A program made the translations under genes and the position numbers. Shown here in pieces: positions 14,585-28,220 of a DNA stretch of 64,000 nucleotides (the first letter of the stretch is position 1; every line of letters starts with the position of its first letter). The notes beneath the pieces were generated by a model. That model made no database searches. It worked only from the letters and a program-made list of their open reading frames with translations, and was not told where the DNA came from. The stretch lies in NCBI RefSeq assembly GCF_009834535.1, contig NC_045697.1:83578001-83642000 (forward strand). The letters are read 5' to 3'. Source of the DNA: Camelus ferus (Eukaryota).

Positions 14585-16559
14585 TTAAAAACAACAATAA
14601 TAAAGAATTATCTAACACTAACAGTGAAGAATATAAATGTAGTTATTTATTTAGTGCTATATCAGGGGTAGAATTAATACTTACTCAGTTCCAGTTGTTC
14701 CCTATCTGTAAGTCTCATATATCACCTAACACCTACCTCACTGCATGGCTATTTGGGTATATATACATCTTTTCTCCTATATGAGGGGGCATCTGGCAGG
14801 AATGATTTATGTGCGTTTCATTTTTGTTCTTCCCATTGTGTGTAGATCAGTGTTTTGACTCTAGTAAAAGGTTATTAAGTGTTTTTTAAATGATTTACTA
14901 AATGCCAGGATAGTTATGCTTTAGGGGCAACACTTGACTTACAGCATATCCAAATGTGAGTAATAACAAGGCTGGTTTTAATAAAACAGTATATTTCTGG
15001 CAGATTCTCTGCTCTCAAGAAAGAGTGAAATTCAGGATCCAGGAAATTTTTAAGTGGCCCTAAATGTTTGGCAGGTTTTTACAAGTGATGGTGAATTAGC
15101 CTGACATGAAATAATAGACAATTAAAGCTGGAAAGAACCACAAAACTCATCTACTCAATCATCTCATTTTAGGCTCAAGGTCACTCCTGTGTTCTTCTGC
15201 TGAGAACCCCATCTTTCTTGACTCTGAGTTTAGGGCTTCTACCTCTACACCACGGTGCCTCTGCACTCCTGGGTAAACTGGCCTTAATGTGATACACATT
15301 ACCTCTAAATGTGACTCAGTGGTCTGTACCAGGAAAATGTGCCAATGGTTTAAAATCTCTGGCCAATTATCTAGAAAAAAGCAACCCATCTCCATGTTGA
15401 GTAAAAACCAAAAAAATAAGTGCTTTTTTAAAAAGCCATAATAAGCAGTTATAGCTAAAGGAAAATGTCGACTGTACTTTTCAAGAACTATGAACATTAA
15501 CTGTGCACTTTTTTATCTTAAAGCAATACTTGTTGACATTACTTATAAATTGATAAGACTTTATTCTTTAATTTCTAAAATTTATTTTTATTAGATTTTT
15601 AAACTTATAAATTCAACATTTTTTATTTCATTTATTTCCTACTTTCTATATCAGCCCTATTTTTCTATCAAGGTTCTTCATGACTAACTGTGGTATTATA
15701 TAATTACTTGACACTGTGAGATTTAGAATACCACAAGAAAGCATGATTCAGTCTTTTTGATTCTATGGTTAAGAAAAACAGGAGTATGATAAACTCTCAA
15801 GTCATTGAAATGGATATTTTTAAGAAATCTAAGAAAATAGATATTAAGTTAAAGAAATCAATATTATATTATTTCTTATTTAATCCTTTTATAGCTTCAT
15901 ATAACACAGAGGATAAATTTTAAAAATCCTTCACTTGGAAAAAAAGTTAAATCTGGCTCCTACCCTTTATGGTTTCTTCTTTCAATAATCTCATATACAT
16001 ACCTTTCATTCCACCCATAGAGAAGAATTTATAGTTCCCTAAACAGGACCTGTTATCTCGCTCTGTGCCTTAAAGTGCTACTGCTTTGGGTTGGAATGCC
16101 TTCCAGTAAATCTGAGCTCATATATCATCTTTTTATAGAACACTTCCCCCAACTCTCCAGTTTCTCCTCTGTGTTCTCATAGCACCCAAGCCTAACCCTA
16201 ACATAACTTGCCCCCAGTACTATAATCAGTTATTTTTCTCATCCAATAGTTTGTGCATTCCTTGATAGAAAGTATCATGTCTTATTCTATCTTACAATCA
16301 AGATAGACTGCAAAATTTTTGGTGCATAGTAGGTTCCCAATGAATGACAGTACATTAACTTACTATGCCTGTATGTGTACTGTTCCTTTAATTTGAAGGA
16401 AAATCTAGTTGCCTTGGAAGTACCTAATCACAGAATTCACTTGACTCAAGAGACTTTGCATTCCTGGGCTTTCATTTTTTCCCAATATGGCATCCAGAGG
16501 GATGGATCCTTTTGAAAGTCATTAAATTTATGAAAAGATGTCAGTTTCATTCATAGGAA

Positions 16560-17320
16560 GAAAAATGCAAGGACAAATGTATCGAGATACCATTTCTTAT
16601 CCATCATATTGCCGAAAGTTCAAAAAGCTGATAAAATATTCTGTTAACTAAGCTGAGGGAAAACAAATACTCTCGTATATCCTAGTGGGTATGCAAAGTG
16701 GTACAATCCCTAATAAGAGAATGCAAAATGGTACAGCTGCTATGGAAAACAGTATGGAGTTTCCTCAAAAATTAAAAATAGAACTACTGTATGATCCAGC
16801 AATCCTACTTCTGGATATTTTTCCAAAAGAATTAAAAACAGGATCTCAAAGAAATATTCGCTGTCCTGTGTTCATTGCAGCATTGTTGTCAATGGCCAAG
16901 AGGTAAAAACAACTTAAATGTCTGTCAACAGATGAATGAGTAAAGAAAATGTGGTATATATGTACAATGGAATATTAGCCAGCCTTAGAAAGGAAGGAAT
17001 TCTTGTCATATGCTATAATGTGAATGAAACTTGAAGACATTATATGCTAAGTGAAATAAGCTAGTCACCAAAAGACAAATACTGCATGATTCCACTTGTG
17101 TGAGGTATCTACAGTAGTCCAACTCATAAAAACAAGGTAGTATGGTGGTTTTCAGAAGCCAGGGGAAGGGAAAATGGGGAGTTGCTATTCAGTGGGTACA
17201 GAGTTTCAGCCACAGAAGTTCTAGAGATCTGTGGTACAACAATATGCATATACTCTACCTTACATTTAAAAATTTGCTAAAAGGGTAGATTTCTTGTTAT
17301 ATTTTTTTAATTACAGTTTT
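16560..17320 (+). mobile_element. L1 (L1MA/L1MB-like) ORF2 end and 3'UTR, preceded by an older L1 fragment
   Basis: ORF 16685-16906 contains ENSMEFPQKLKIELLYDPAILLLDIFPKELK, typical of the L1 ORF2 C-terminus; followed by L1 3'UTR text (atgctaagtgaaataagctagtcac...). Confidence 0.85.
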
Positions 17321-17588
17321 TTTTAAAGTAAAAGAACTTAAAAATATCTTTTTGTATTTCTGACGGTACATTTTTAACAGGAATCTAATCATGAAGAAAC
17401 AAATCCAAAAATTCTATAAAACAAACATCCCAGACTCTTCCAAAAAGGTATCATGTTTTTAAAAAGTAGAGAAGGGGGATTATTCTAGTGTAAAAGAAAC
17501 CAAAAGACGTAATAACCTAATATAATTTATAAATATTAAGCATTCATTGAATCCTGAATTTTTTTTAATATATTAAAGTCATTTTTCT

Positions 17589-17747
17589 TTTCTTATTTTT
17601 TTTAATTTTATTTTTTTGTGGGGAGGGTAATTAGGTTTGTTTGTTTGTTTTTTTGTTTGTTTATTTTTAGAGGAGGTACCAGGGATTGAATCCAGGACCT
17701 CATGCATGCTAGGCATGTGCTCTACCACTTAAGCTATACCTTCCCAC
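17589..17747 (-). mobile_element. Full-length tRNA-Ala-derived SINE (camelid Vic-1-like) with 14-bp TSD
   Basis: Reverse strand gives ggtatagcttaagtggtagagcacatgcctagcatgc...aaacctaattaccctcccc plus an A-rich tail; perfect TSD aaagtcatttttct at 17575-17588 and 17748-17761. Confidence 0.92.
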
Positions 17748-17764
17748 AAAGTCATTTTTCTAAT

Positions 17765-18258
17765 GATTACCGTTGGATAGCAAAATACCCCAAAACACAA
17801 TGGCCTAAAAAAATTAATTATTTTATTAATTTCATGGTTTCTGTAGGTCAGAATTCAGGAGGGGCTAGACTGGGGGTCTCTAGCCTCCAGTGTCTTGAGG
17901 TTGCAGTCAGCTGGTGACTGGAGCTGGAATCCAGGCAGCTGCAGCAGCTGCAAGCTGGCAGGGCATCTCTTCACAGTGTCTCAAGGCTTTGTCATGGGAT
18001 CCCTCCCCAAGGGCTTCTGGGGGCTTCCTCACAGCAGGATGGCCTCAGGGCCGTCATATGGCTTTAGGGCTCATGAAGCATCAGGGCAACAAAGGCAGCA
18101 GCAGAATCGCCTGGGTTTCAGAAGTCACAGCAGCATTTCTGCTTCACAGAAGCCTGCCCACATTCAAAGGTTAGATTCCACCTTTTTACATGAGAGTGAC
18201 AAAGTCCTAGAAGAGAGAGGATTGTGGAAGCCATCTTTGGAAAATATAACTTACCACA
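17765..18258. mobile_element. MLT1-type MaLR LTR
   Basis: caaaataccccaaaac..aatggc..tttctgtaggtcagaattcagg...gccatctttggaaaatataacttaccaca resembles MLT1G/H; ends in ...ca. Confidence 0.7.
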
Positions 18259-18261
18259 GAT

Positions 18262-18590
18262 AATTATGAGACAGGGAAATTTAAATCTGGACTGCGCAAT
18301 AGATGATACTGAATTAATTATGTCTTCTAGAAGAGGTGATACTTGATTTTATAGTAAAATGTATGTGTTCTTAGAGGATGCATGCTAAGGGATTTAGTGG
18401 TAGTGTCTTGATATCTGCAACTTATTTTCATATGATTTAGCAAAATGACAGGTATATTTAAGACAGAAAGAAAGAAAACATGAAGCAAATGTAGTGAAAT
18501 GTAAGCAAGTGGAGAATAGATGATGAACGTACAGATGTTCACTGTCCTAATTATTTGCTTTTCTTTAGGTTTATAATATGCTTCTCAAAT
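18262..18590 (+). mobile_element. Old L1 (L1MC/ME-like) 3'UTR fragment
   Basis: gggaaatttaaatctggactg...atgtgttcttagaggatgcatgct...tatctgcaacttattttcatatg resembles old L1M 3' ends. Confidence 0.55.
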
Positions 18591-21500
18591 AATTGAGTGG
18601 GAAATAACATGTAAGTCATATTACGTTACGTCTCTGCTCACATCCTCCAAACCTCCCTCTTCAGAGTAGAAGCTAATCTCCTGATCATGACCTGCAAGAT
18701 CCCATGTGGTCCCCAGCCCTTACCTCCCTGATACCATCTCCAGACAGAGGAAACAGCAAGTACAAAAGCCCCTTGAGTGCACTTGGCATGATGAGAAACA
18801 GCAAGTTGCTTACAATGTCCTTTTGTAGTTGATGCCTCTTAAACACCTTCTTCGTAAATCCTTGTGCACGCATCTTAGAAAGTTTCCAACCTGATGTGAA
18901 ACCTCAATTCCCTGCCTACTCATTTCTTTCTTGGTTGTAGGAACTTCAGCCCTAGAGAACTCAGTTGAAGCCACGCCATTTCTCACTATCCCAAAAATGC
19001 CTGAGGATTTGGTTTAGGAAAGGGAAATCAGAGCCAGCCAGGAAATTTTAAGAAGGTTCCCAGTTGCATTCAAATTGGGATTTCACCTACTTGGTATTCC
19101 ACTCAGGATGCTTGATACCCAGTCTTAATCTTACCTCCAGGGCATATCGTCTTGTATGATATTTGAGGTTTAGATTGTCTAAGCAAGCCCTGTAGTAATC
19201 AGTAGGTTCTTAACAAGATTTTACTTTGCAGGATTTAATCCACTGGCTTTCTTGCTTGGCTGCCTTTGGCTAATGATCCGTGTTCTGTCGGACCTCACTT
19301 GCCTGTGGCCCTAGAGCATGGTGCTGCCTGTCACAAACATCAGTGATTTCCCCTCTTGGATGGAGGCTGTCACAGAAGCCATGTTTTCATAGGTGTTGTT
19401 CCTGGTGTTTCGGCCTTAGGTCTCAGCAGGATTGTGGTTCTTTCTGAAGGTCTTATGATACTGTCTCCAGGGAAGGAATTAGTCTCACAGATAATTGGGC
19501 CTTTTGATTCCCAAGATGAGTAGGCTGGCCACATTCTTCCTTCCAAACCAGTGAACCCTGTGTTAAGTAGGGCTTGCTGGTAAATTCAGTGTGTCAGGAA
19601 CTCATGGGCAGATAAGGGGCCACTGAGCAGTGTAGGTTCTGGGACAACAGAGGAAGGGCGTACTCACCTTGGTTCTCCTGCAGAGTCTGTGCTCCCTTGT
19701 GTTCTTTTGTAAAATGTCAATAACATTGGGAGTAATAATAACAATGACAACAACATAGGTCCCTCTTATTAGAAATTAGATACTTAATAGGCATTAGAAC
19801 TCAAAGTTCAAAAAGTATTACCAGGCCACCTGAGTGTTCAATGCATTGGTATCAGTAAAGTGAGCAAACCCCAGGTGAGATCGCCATCCACAGTGGAAAA
19901 GGCTGAGACATTCTTTTGGAGGAAACAGGACAGTTAAATGCCAGGGAGGCTTGGCTAGGTGTCCTCTGTACTAAAATTATAATTCTGGGATTGCCATTTT
20001 CCGACTTGGCAAAAGCCTTAAAAAAAATCTTTCTATCCTTTAATACTATAATTCCACTTCTAGGAACCTATCCTAGATACCAGAAAAAAAGTGTTAATTG
20101 TAATGAGGAAAGAAAGTGGAAATAAATAATGTCCAACTGAAGGGAAATGGGTAAATAAATTATGTCCACTTACCATGCAGATTTTAAAATTTATGTGTAT
20201 GAATAATTTGGCAGTAATGTGAGAAGAAAAAGATATATTACGTATAAATAGGATATAAACTTATACATAAAGTATCAAAATTTTGTTTAAAAATACTATA
20301 AATAAAAATACTGAAAAGAAATGGATCTTTGGATGTTAGAAATTGAGAATTTTTTTTCTTTCTGCTTTTCTGCATTTTACAGCTTTTCTTTAATGAGTTT
20401 TCAATCACCTTTTTAAAAAGAAGGGTGAAGCACTGATTTTTAAAGTGCTAACACTAGAGTTCCTACTAGTAAAGGATGTCCAAATCAGTTTCATTATGAA
20501 TGACCATTTATACAAATTATTTTAAGACAAAGTATCATATTAAGGGATTCAGTTCAACAATACTTCTTGAGTATCTAAAGTACTTTACTTCAAATTTCAA
20601 AAATTAACATATTCTAAAATTCCACAGGATAAGAGGTAAAACACTAACTAATATTTCAACTATCTGTAATTCTGCTTTTTCCCTTTAACAACTATATGGG
20701 CCGCAGCAAGAACTAGGGAACTACTCTGTGCTAGGCCATGTGTTACGTGCTTTTTATAAGGGACCTTATTTCATTCTAGCAACAACTCTGTGAGGCTTTG
20801 TGTATATTATCTTTTTTGACTTTAACAGCAATTCTATGAGGCATTTTATAGATGAGGAAACTGGAGTTCAAAGAGATTCCCTAATTTGACCAAAGAGAAA
20901 CAAAAAGTAAGAGAAAGGTCTTCATTCTTTCCACTGTCCTTGTGCTTTGTTGATAGAATATTCCTGGCCCACAGCCAGAGCCTTGAATAGCCTAGTTTTT
21001 AAACAGAATGAAGCCACATTTCTCAGTCTGGTTTCTCATCCTAAGGGACCTATTATCCACAGACATTAGAACATGAGAGAAAAGAAAAAAAATGTTAAGC
21101 AATAGCAGTCGAAAATGAAAGCTGACAAAAAAGTAGGACCACCCCACCCCCACAAAAAAACACCTATTAAAAAGCACCCAAGAACTCAAAAGGCATAGCT
21201 ATGTGGCAGTACAGAACAATTTTACAAGACCTATGACTCTCTGCAATGCTGAGGTGATTATCATATACAGTACTTTATTTTCCACATACTCTGTAATACA
21301 GGAGGAATGTAGTCCCTAAAAATTATTTCGCGTAAAGGTCATCCTGGCTCTCTTCTCCAAGGGTTCTGAGTAGATGAGGTGTTAGTTTGTCTTGTTTTTG
21401 TGATACTTCAGAATCTAGTAGAAGACTTACAGATACAAGGTGATTACTAAACTGAGGCCCTTCAGACGAGGCACTATCCAAACTCAGAATTTGTTTTTTA

Positions 21501-22199
21501 TTTATGTGAATAGACTTACTGAACTACCTGGTTATCAATATGCCTTGAAATATTTTGCTAGAACAACTTAGAAATGGAATTGAAGCCTCAACTGAAGCTT
21601 TCTGTGCTGCTGTGGTTTAAACTGAATGCTGCGCTTTGTATAAACATAATTTTTGTGGTTTAACTTTAGGCTGTTGTCTGCGGTCTTCCCATAAAATGGG
21701 AATGCGTCAGAAGCACAGCTTCGCTTCCTGTGTAGGCTGGAAACTGTTAACTGCAAAGTTTGGAGATAGTCTCATACAGCTCTTTGCCATATGTTAAACT
21801 AAACTTGATATGAAAAATCATATCAGTCTCCAGTTTCCCCGAGCATTAAAAAGAAAAAAAAAAAAGCAGCTCAAGCTTTATAAATATAAAAAGCATCTGT
21901 CTGCACAGGAAATTCTACTCTGTTATTTTGCAAATGATCCCTACTTATATTTACAAGAGAAATCAGATCTGATGAAGTATATAGGAAGTAACGCACCATT
22001 TTGTTCAGAATTTTAAAATAGATCTTCATAACTCTGCATGGCTGGCTGGACTGTGAACCAACTAACCTATCATTGGAGAGAGATCTCAACAGCGCTGCCC
22101 AGTATGCTCCTGAGCATTTGTGCTTCCAACTGAAAGGAGATGGAATATTTTGATAGCATGATGCTAACTTAAACATTTCTATCAGATGTAATTTTTGTG

Positions 22200-23110
22200 T
22201 TTAAATGCTCCCACCACCATTTCCAATTCAGGAAGACTCATGAACATTCACCAAATGTTCGGCACAGTTTTCATTCTAATTTTTTTCCTTCTCCTTGACT
22301 CTCTGAGCTTCAAAAGAATCCCTTCCATAGTCACTCACCCAGGTGCAAATATCCTTGAGTATATCTTTGGTAGCTTTTTTAAGAATCCCTTGCTGTGATT
22401 TCCTTTCTACCTGCCTCCCCATTGCCACCTATAATTTTGTCATTTCTTTTGCCCTGACCTACCATCGCATGACCCTCATAAGATTAACAGCTGAAATCCA
22501 TGACCAGAACCCTAGTCATTCATCACAATCTACAAAGGACTTCACGCTGCATTTACAATATCCCATATTTTACCAGCATCCCTCTCTCAGACATGGCGAT
22601 ACACCTGGCTCACTTCATCAATTCAGTGCATCAATTTTAGCTTTTTGATTTCACTGATTGTTTTCTTGCCTCACAGAGAGTACTCAAAGACTTCCACCCG
22701 ACTGACTCTACCTGCCTTTTTTTTATCTCATAGCCTATCCATGCCAGTATTACCAACTAAACTCCCTTTACCCATGAAACCATAATTTTCTTCTTTTGAT
22801 TTCTTCTTTTTCCCACCTTTATCTTGTCTAGTTTCCACTCAGTGTTGATTCCTCTACTAACTTCAGGCTCCTTTTGCTCTCAGTTCCATTTACTTCCCTT
22901 CTTTTTTTCTCAATATCAAATCAGTTTCATATAGTGATAATTATTACTCATCCAAGTGTTGCCCACTTTTACTACTCTCTCTAGTTTAAAAGTTGCTGTC
23001 TCTTCTATTAAGCTTTCACTTGTAGTTCCCTAAATAATGCTGGAAAATATGTATTAGTCTTGCAGTGTCGGTTTGATGCTCTGTTCACTAACCTTGAGAT
23101 GAAGAAATAG
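22200..23110. mobile_element. Degenerate L2/CR1-class LINE relic
   Basis: Long pyrimidine-rich, L2-like composition; family call from resemblance only. Confidence 0.4.
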
Positions 23111-23249
23111 CACCCCTTCCTCCATTGGCATCAGAAAGAGGCCACTCATGGTACATTTTCATTAAAGAAAATTTCTAATTTTCAAACTCCCTCAACCACT
23201 TCAATATTATCTCTTCTATAGCCTATTCTGTTTCCACCTCAACAAAGTG

Positions 23250-24000
23250 TACTGTAATTCAATTCACTTCTGATGGTAACCACCTGGCATTAGCACTGGA
23301 CTCCACAGATTTAAGAGCCTATTCCCAGGAAAACTGCCTTTATTTCAGATACCAGCCAAAGTGGCTGGGGGGGTCCCCAGACCACCCACCCCTCTGACCA
23401 ACTGGCTACAAATTCAGATGTTCCCACTATCCCCTTAGGCTCAATAATTTGCTAGAAAGACCCACAGATCTCAGGAAAGCACTGCAGTTAGGATGATAGT
23501 TTTATTATACAAGATACACAGAGGGCAAGGTCGGGGAAAGAGCACAAAGCTTCCTTGCCCGCTCATGGTGGAATCAGGGCATATCACCCCCCTGAAACAT
23601 CAATGTGTTCACCAACCAAGAAGCTCCACTGACCTTTGGTGTTCAGGGTTTTTACTGGGCCTTCATTACATTGCCTCATTTGATTAAATCACCAGCCACT
23701 TGATTGAACTCCATCTCCAGCCCTTCCCTCCTTCAGAGGAATTCATCTGATATCATATCCCTTAAAGTTCTAACCCTCTAATTACAAGGTTGGTCTTTCT
23801 GGCTTAGCCTCTCCCTATACTGAGTCATCTCATTAGCATAAACTATGTAGGGCCCACTATGAGTCACCTCAAAAGCATAAACTATTAGGACTCACCATGA
23901 ATAACAAAGAATGGCTATCACTTGGGAAGTTCTAAGGGTTTGGAATTTTCCTCCTAGGAACTGGGGACAAAGTACCTGTCAAATTCTTTAGTCACAACAA
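23250..24000 (-). mobile_element. MER21-like (MER21B, ERVL) LTR
   Basis: caattcacttctga...ccccagaccaccc...tgaccaactggctacaaattc...ttgattgaactccatctccagccc; the last part is reverse-complement similar to the element at 2790-3172; internal agcataaacta duplication. Confidence 0.75.
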
Positions 24001-24559
24001 TCCTCAAGAGGATGAGTAGCCAAAGGTTTATAAACCACTTCCCTGGGAAAACAAGTTATCCAGGATCTCACTCTGGAAATTTAGGACTTAACAGCTTTTG
24101 TCTTTGGAACTCCGATGAAAATGAAACTAAAAGAACTGCATTTTCACATCCTTAAAATTAAAATTTTTCATTGGCTAAGCCTGCATGATTATACAAAGAC
24201 CAGCAGATCCATGTATGTCAGGCTCGGACAAGAGAATCTTGACTGAGTTTGGCCCTCAGAAGCCTAGGCTCCAGCCTCCATAGATGTACACAGAGGCATT
24301 GACTCAAATGGGAGGTCCTGCCAGTGACCCAGGTTGGTCAAAGGGTGGCTAAGGCACCTCTTCACTCACAGAACCTCTGTCCTAATTTTAGTTTTGCAGA
24401 GATTTGCACATCTCTCCCTCTTCTCTCCTAGCAAAACCTGTCATAAAACTAGTTCTAAGGAGAACGTGCATGACACAGAAGAGTTTAATGAACTGTTATG
24501 TTACACTTGGTACTGAAAAAGAAAATGAAACCTTTTTTTATAAAAGTATTCATATTCTC

Positions 24560-24893
24560 TGTGATGGTTAATTTTACAACTTCCAGAGTAGGCCAAGGTA
24601 CCCAGATATTTGGTTAAACATTATTCCAGACGTTTCTGGGAAAATATTTTTTTAGATGGCACACCATTTAAATTAGTAGACTGAGCATAGTGGATTACCC
24701 TTCATAATGTGGGTTGGCCCTCATCCAGTCATTTAAAGGCCTGAAAAGGAAGAGGAAATTCTGCCAGCAGACTGTCTGTGGATTCAAACTGCAACTCTTC
24801 CCTGGGTCTCCAGGCTACCAGTCTACCATATATACATATACACACATACATCCTGTTGGTTCTACTTCTCTGGAGAACTCTAACTCATAAACA
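24560..24893 (+). mobile_element. MLT2-type ERVL LTR (internally deleted)
   Basis: Starts tgtgatggttaatttta, contains cccagatatttggttaaacattatt and cttcataatgtgggttggccctcatccagtc, ends ctggagaactctaact...aca. Confidence 0.8.
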
Positions 24894-24895
24894 TT

Positions 24896-25040
24896 TATTT
24901 TTTATTTTTTATTTTGGGGGAAGGTAATTAGGTTTGTTTGTTTGTTTGTTTGTTTGTTTTTAACAGAGGTACTAGGCATTAAACCCAGGAACCTCGTGGA
25001 TGCTAAGCACATGCTCTACCACTGAGCTATACTCTCCCTC
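24896..25040 (-). mobile_element. tRNA-Ala-derived SINE (Vic-1-like) inserted at the MLT2 3' end
   Basis: Reverse strand agtatagctcagtggtagagcatgtgcttagcatcc...(aaac)n ctaattacc; imperfect TSD ctcataaacatt (24884-24895) / ctcatacacact (25041-25052). Confidence 0.9.
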
Positions 25041-26814
25041 CTCATACACACTTAATATTATGTAATAATATACAATATCAAGTATCCATGACTGATTAGT
25101 ATAAATGTGCTTTTATTCTCCATATCAAAGAAAGAAATGATACTTATCTGCTCTAACCATGAGCATGTCTGTGTTAGTGGTCTGCATTCTCACCTGTGCC
25201 CTCTGACCATGAAAGCTGAATGATTACAGATCATCTCTAGGCCTTTAAATTTTCCAAGAGGTGCCTTATTCTCTATCATTTTTTTTTTTGTCCCTGCATT
25301 CATACTCAATTGGCAAATGAAATGAGGCACAAATGAGTAAGACTATTTTACTTTACTTCAAGGACAGTAAATATGAATCACCAAATTTCTGTACAAAATA
25401 TCCTATTGGCTTTTTATGTTTCTTAAGGAGTAACAATGCTAAGGAAACATGTAATGGGAAATAGCTATTTAATTACATCTCCAAAGAGCACTAAAACATA
25501 ATTGAAATATAATAGACACAGCTGCTAAAGTGTATTTTTAAATGCCTATTGAATTTCAAAGAAATATTAGAGATGTTTTATCATTATTTAATATTCCAGA
25601 AAGCATTCTGCTTCATGTCATATATAGATGCAAACGAAAACATTTTAATAGTCTCTTCATTTTAATTATTTTCAAAACATAAGAAAAGCTTAACAAATTT
25701 AGTTCATCTTAACAGGAAAAGTAATCAACTATACCAAAATTACCATAATATATAAGATCTGAGATGATAAGTCTCTGTCAAAGCCAATAAGTATAAGATT
25801 AAATCAAAATGGTAAATAATTTTATTATGTATTACATATTTATCATAAATTATATATAGTAATTTTATAACATAATATGTGTGTATACATAGTATATATA
25901 GGTATGTAAGCTATAGATACAGAAACCCTCTAAGATATTATCACTTCCTATTAAGTGATGTTTGAATAACATTTAGATCTTAAAAGCATTGGCTTTGATA
26001 AGTCTGGAAGGCAAGGAAATTTAGCTGAACTAATTCTTCCATGAGCAGTCATTTATATCAAGTTTAATCTGAAAGTAGAGTCAACAAAGCTAATGGTTTT
26101 GAACATTCACTCACCCACTCTATTCTTGGGTACAACTGATTGGCCTCCTATATTAAAGTGGATTTTACCTTCATTTTCTGGTAACTCAAAAAAAACTTAA
26201 TTCTGAAAATATTATCTTAATTTTGTTTAATTTATTTTTAATTTAATAATACTGTTGATGTTATCATTGCATCTATTTCCTATGTGCTTAACATTTATCT
26301 AGAGTTGAGTAGGCCTTACCTCCCAGTTTATAGTGAAATCAGTTTATTTGTAAATAGGGAAAATTTTCACTTTTGCAGATGGGCCTCAAGACATACAGAC
26401 ACTCAAAGAGAAAGACAAATACTCAAGAGTGAGTGTAACACACATACATACACACACCCCTACTCATTTTATCTTGTTTACAGAGTGACAGACAAGTGAG
26501 TTCATTACAGATAGAGTTCACCCATTCACATGTCATTTAAAAAAAAAAAAAACCAGAATGAAAGTCTTGCTAGATATAGTGAAACTTTCCCTGCCTTCTA
26601 CATCAGAGTGGTCTGCATGTGATTTGCTTATCTCTTTGTGCTCTAATAATTTAATATCCACAGAGTGTAGGGCATTTTACAATAGATGGTTCTGGTCAGT
26701 GATGCTAATGTTCTTATATCAGTTCTTTTGTAGGTTTTTCTTTCTTCATCTTTGGAAATACAGCTGGAGATAGTAGCCATTTCTTGATACTGTCCTGGGC
26801 CAGATCTGTCTGTG

Positions 26815-27015
26815 TAGTGCAGTGTGTGAGAGTCCAGGCTTTGCATTTAGATACAGCTGGGTTTAGATCCTAACTCAGCTGTTTCCTAGCTATCTGGCTT
26901 GTCTGACTGTAAAATGGGGACCATAATACCCACCTCCGTAAAGGTTCTTCTTATGAGTAATGAGATTACAAATGTATACTATTCACCACATAGTGAGTGT
27001 TCACTGCATATGTGT
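26815..27015 (+). mobile_element. MIR SINE relic
   Basis: caggctttgcatttagatacagctgggtttagatcc...ctgtaaaatggggaccataataccc MIR core. Confidence 0.7.
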
Positions 27016-27654
27016 TCCTTGCCACCACCTTCTACAGCACTCACACTAAAAACCTTGCACCCATCCTGCTTCTTACCTCTTCCTTCCTGTCACCAGTGAA
27101 CTAGGCAACTACACAATCAAGAAGGTTTGAATTATGTCTGAACCAAAAGTCAATGATTATGGTAGAAGTATTTATTTATTCTGAGTACATTGACTATTAG
27201 CAGAATAAAGATCATAAGTCTAAGGGCTGATCAATCTTGACTAAGTCGGTAATATTTGAGATAGTCCTTGAAAAGTGGGTAGAATTTAGCCTGAAAGACA
27301 CATAGCGAGAAAAGCATTCTTTACAAAAGAAATGAATATCGGGCCTGAGCATTGGAGAATAAGGAGTAGCTCAGTTTTCTCCTTAGAGAGTGTATGTGAT
27401 GGAAGAGGAGACCCAGGAAGGAATATGGGCCTATTTTATCAAGGATTCCGAGTGCTTGGTAAAGGAGTTTAACTGAATGGAAAATAAGAAATTATTGATA
27501 TTTTCTAAGCAAAAGAGTTTTGCCTTGAAGAATGTCTCTGGTGTTAGCATATGGGATGTAATAGAGTTGAGAGAAATAAAAGCAAGGAAGTTATTAGAGT
27601 GGTTTCAGGCAAAAAGAAAGAAAGCCTTACCCTTACCAATTGCTAGTAGGAGTG

Positions 27655-28220
27655 TAAATTGATTCAATCTCTATGAAAGGTAGCTTGGCAATATCCATCA
27701 ATATTCCAAATGCACATCTCATTTTCCTCAGCAATTCTACTTCCAAGAACATATCCTCAGATATACTTGTGAAAGAGCGAGCAGATTCACACGCCAGTTT
27801 ATATACAGTAGCGTAAAATTACAAGGACTCTTGGATAAACTAGAGCAATCCACAGAGCAGGATTATAGTACTTCTATACAGTAAGAATAAGGAAGTCCCT
27901 TATGCACTCCTACTGAACAATTTCCAAGATTTAAGTTAAAAAAAATCAAAGCATAAAATTGTGTGTAGTTTGTTCCCATTTGTGTTTTAAAAATAAAAAA
28001 AGAAGAAAAGAAATACATATACATACCAGCTTTGGTATACGCAGACTATTTCTGGAAGGAAACACACACAACAATGATATTGTGGCTTCTTGGTAAAAGA
28101 ACTGAGTGACTGAAGGACAGGAGTAAGAGGACTTTATTTATTTATTTTTTTTTTACTGTATGCCTTCTTGCACCTTTAGAATTTTATATGATGCAATACT
28201 ACCTATCCAAAATAAGTGTT
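27655..28220 (+). mobile_element. Old L1ME-like 3' fragment
   Basis: gtaaattgattcaatc...cagcaattctacttccaagaacatatcct degenerate L1 ORF2-end and 3'UTR text. Confidence 0.55.

Noticed and set aside
16685..16906. ORF with protein-like sequence
   Set aside because: Remnant of the L1 ORF2 C-terminus, not a host gene. The same applies to 59836-60021 and the antisense ORFs at 38173-38456 and 60225-60560.
17895..18263. 122-aa ORF
   Set aside because: Lies entirely in an MLT1-like LTR, has a non-ATG start and no homology I recognise.
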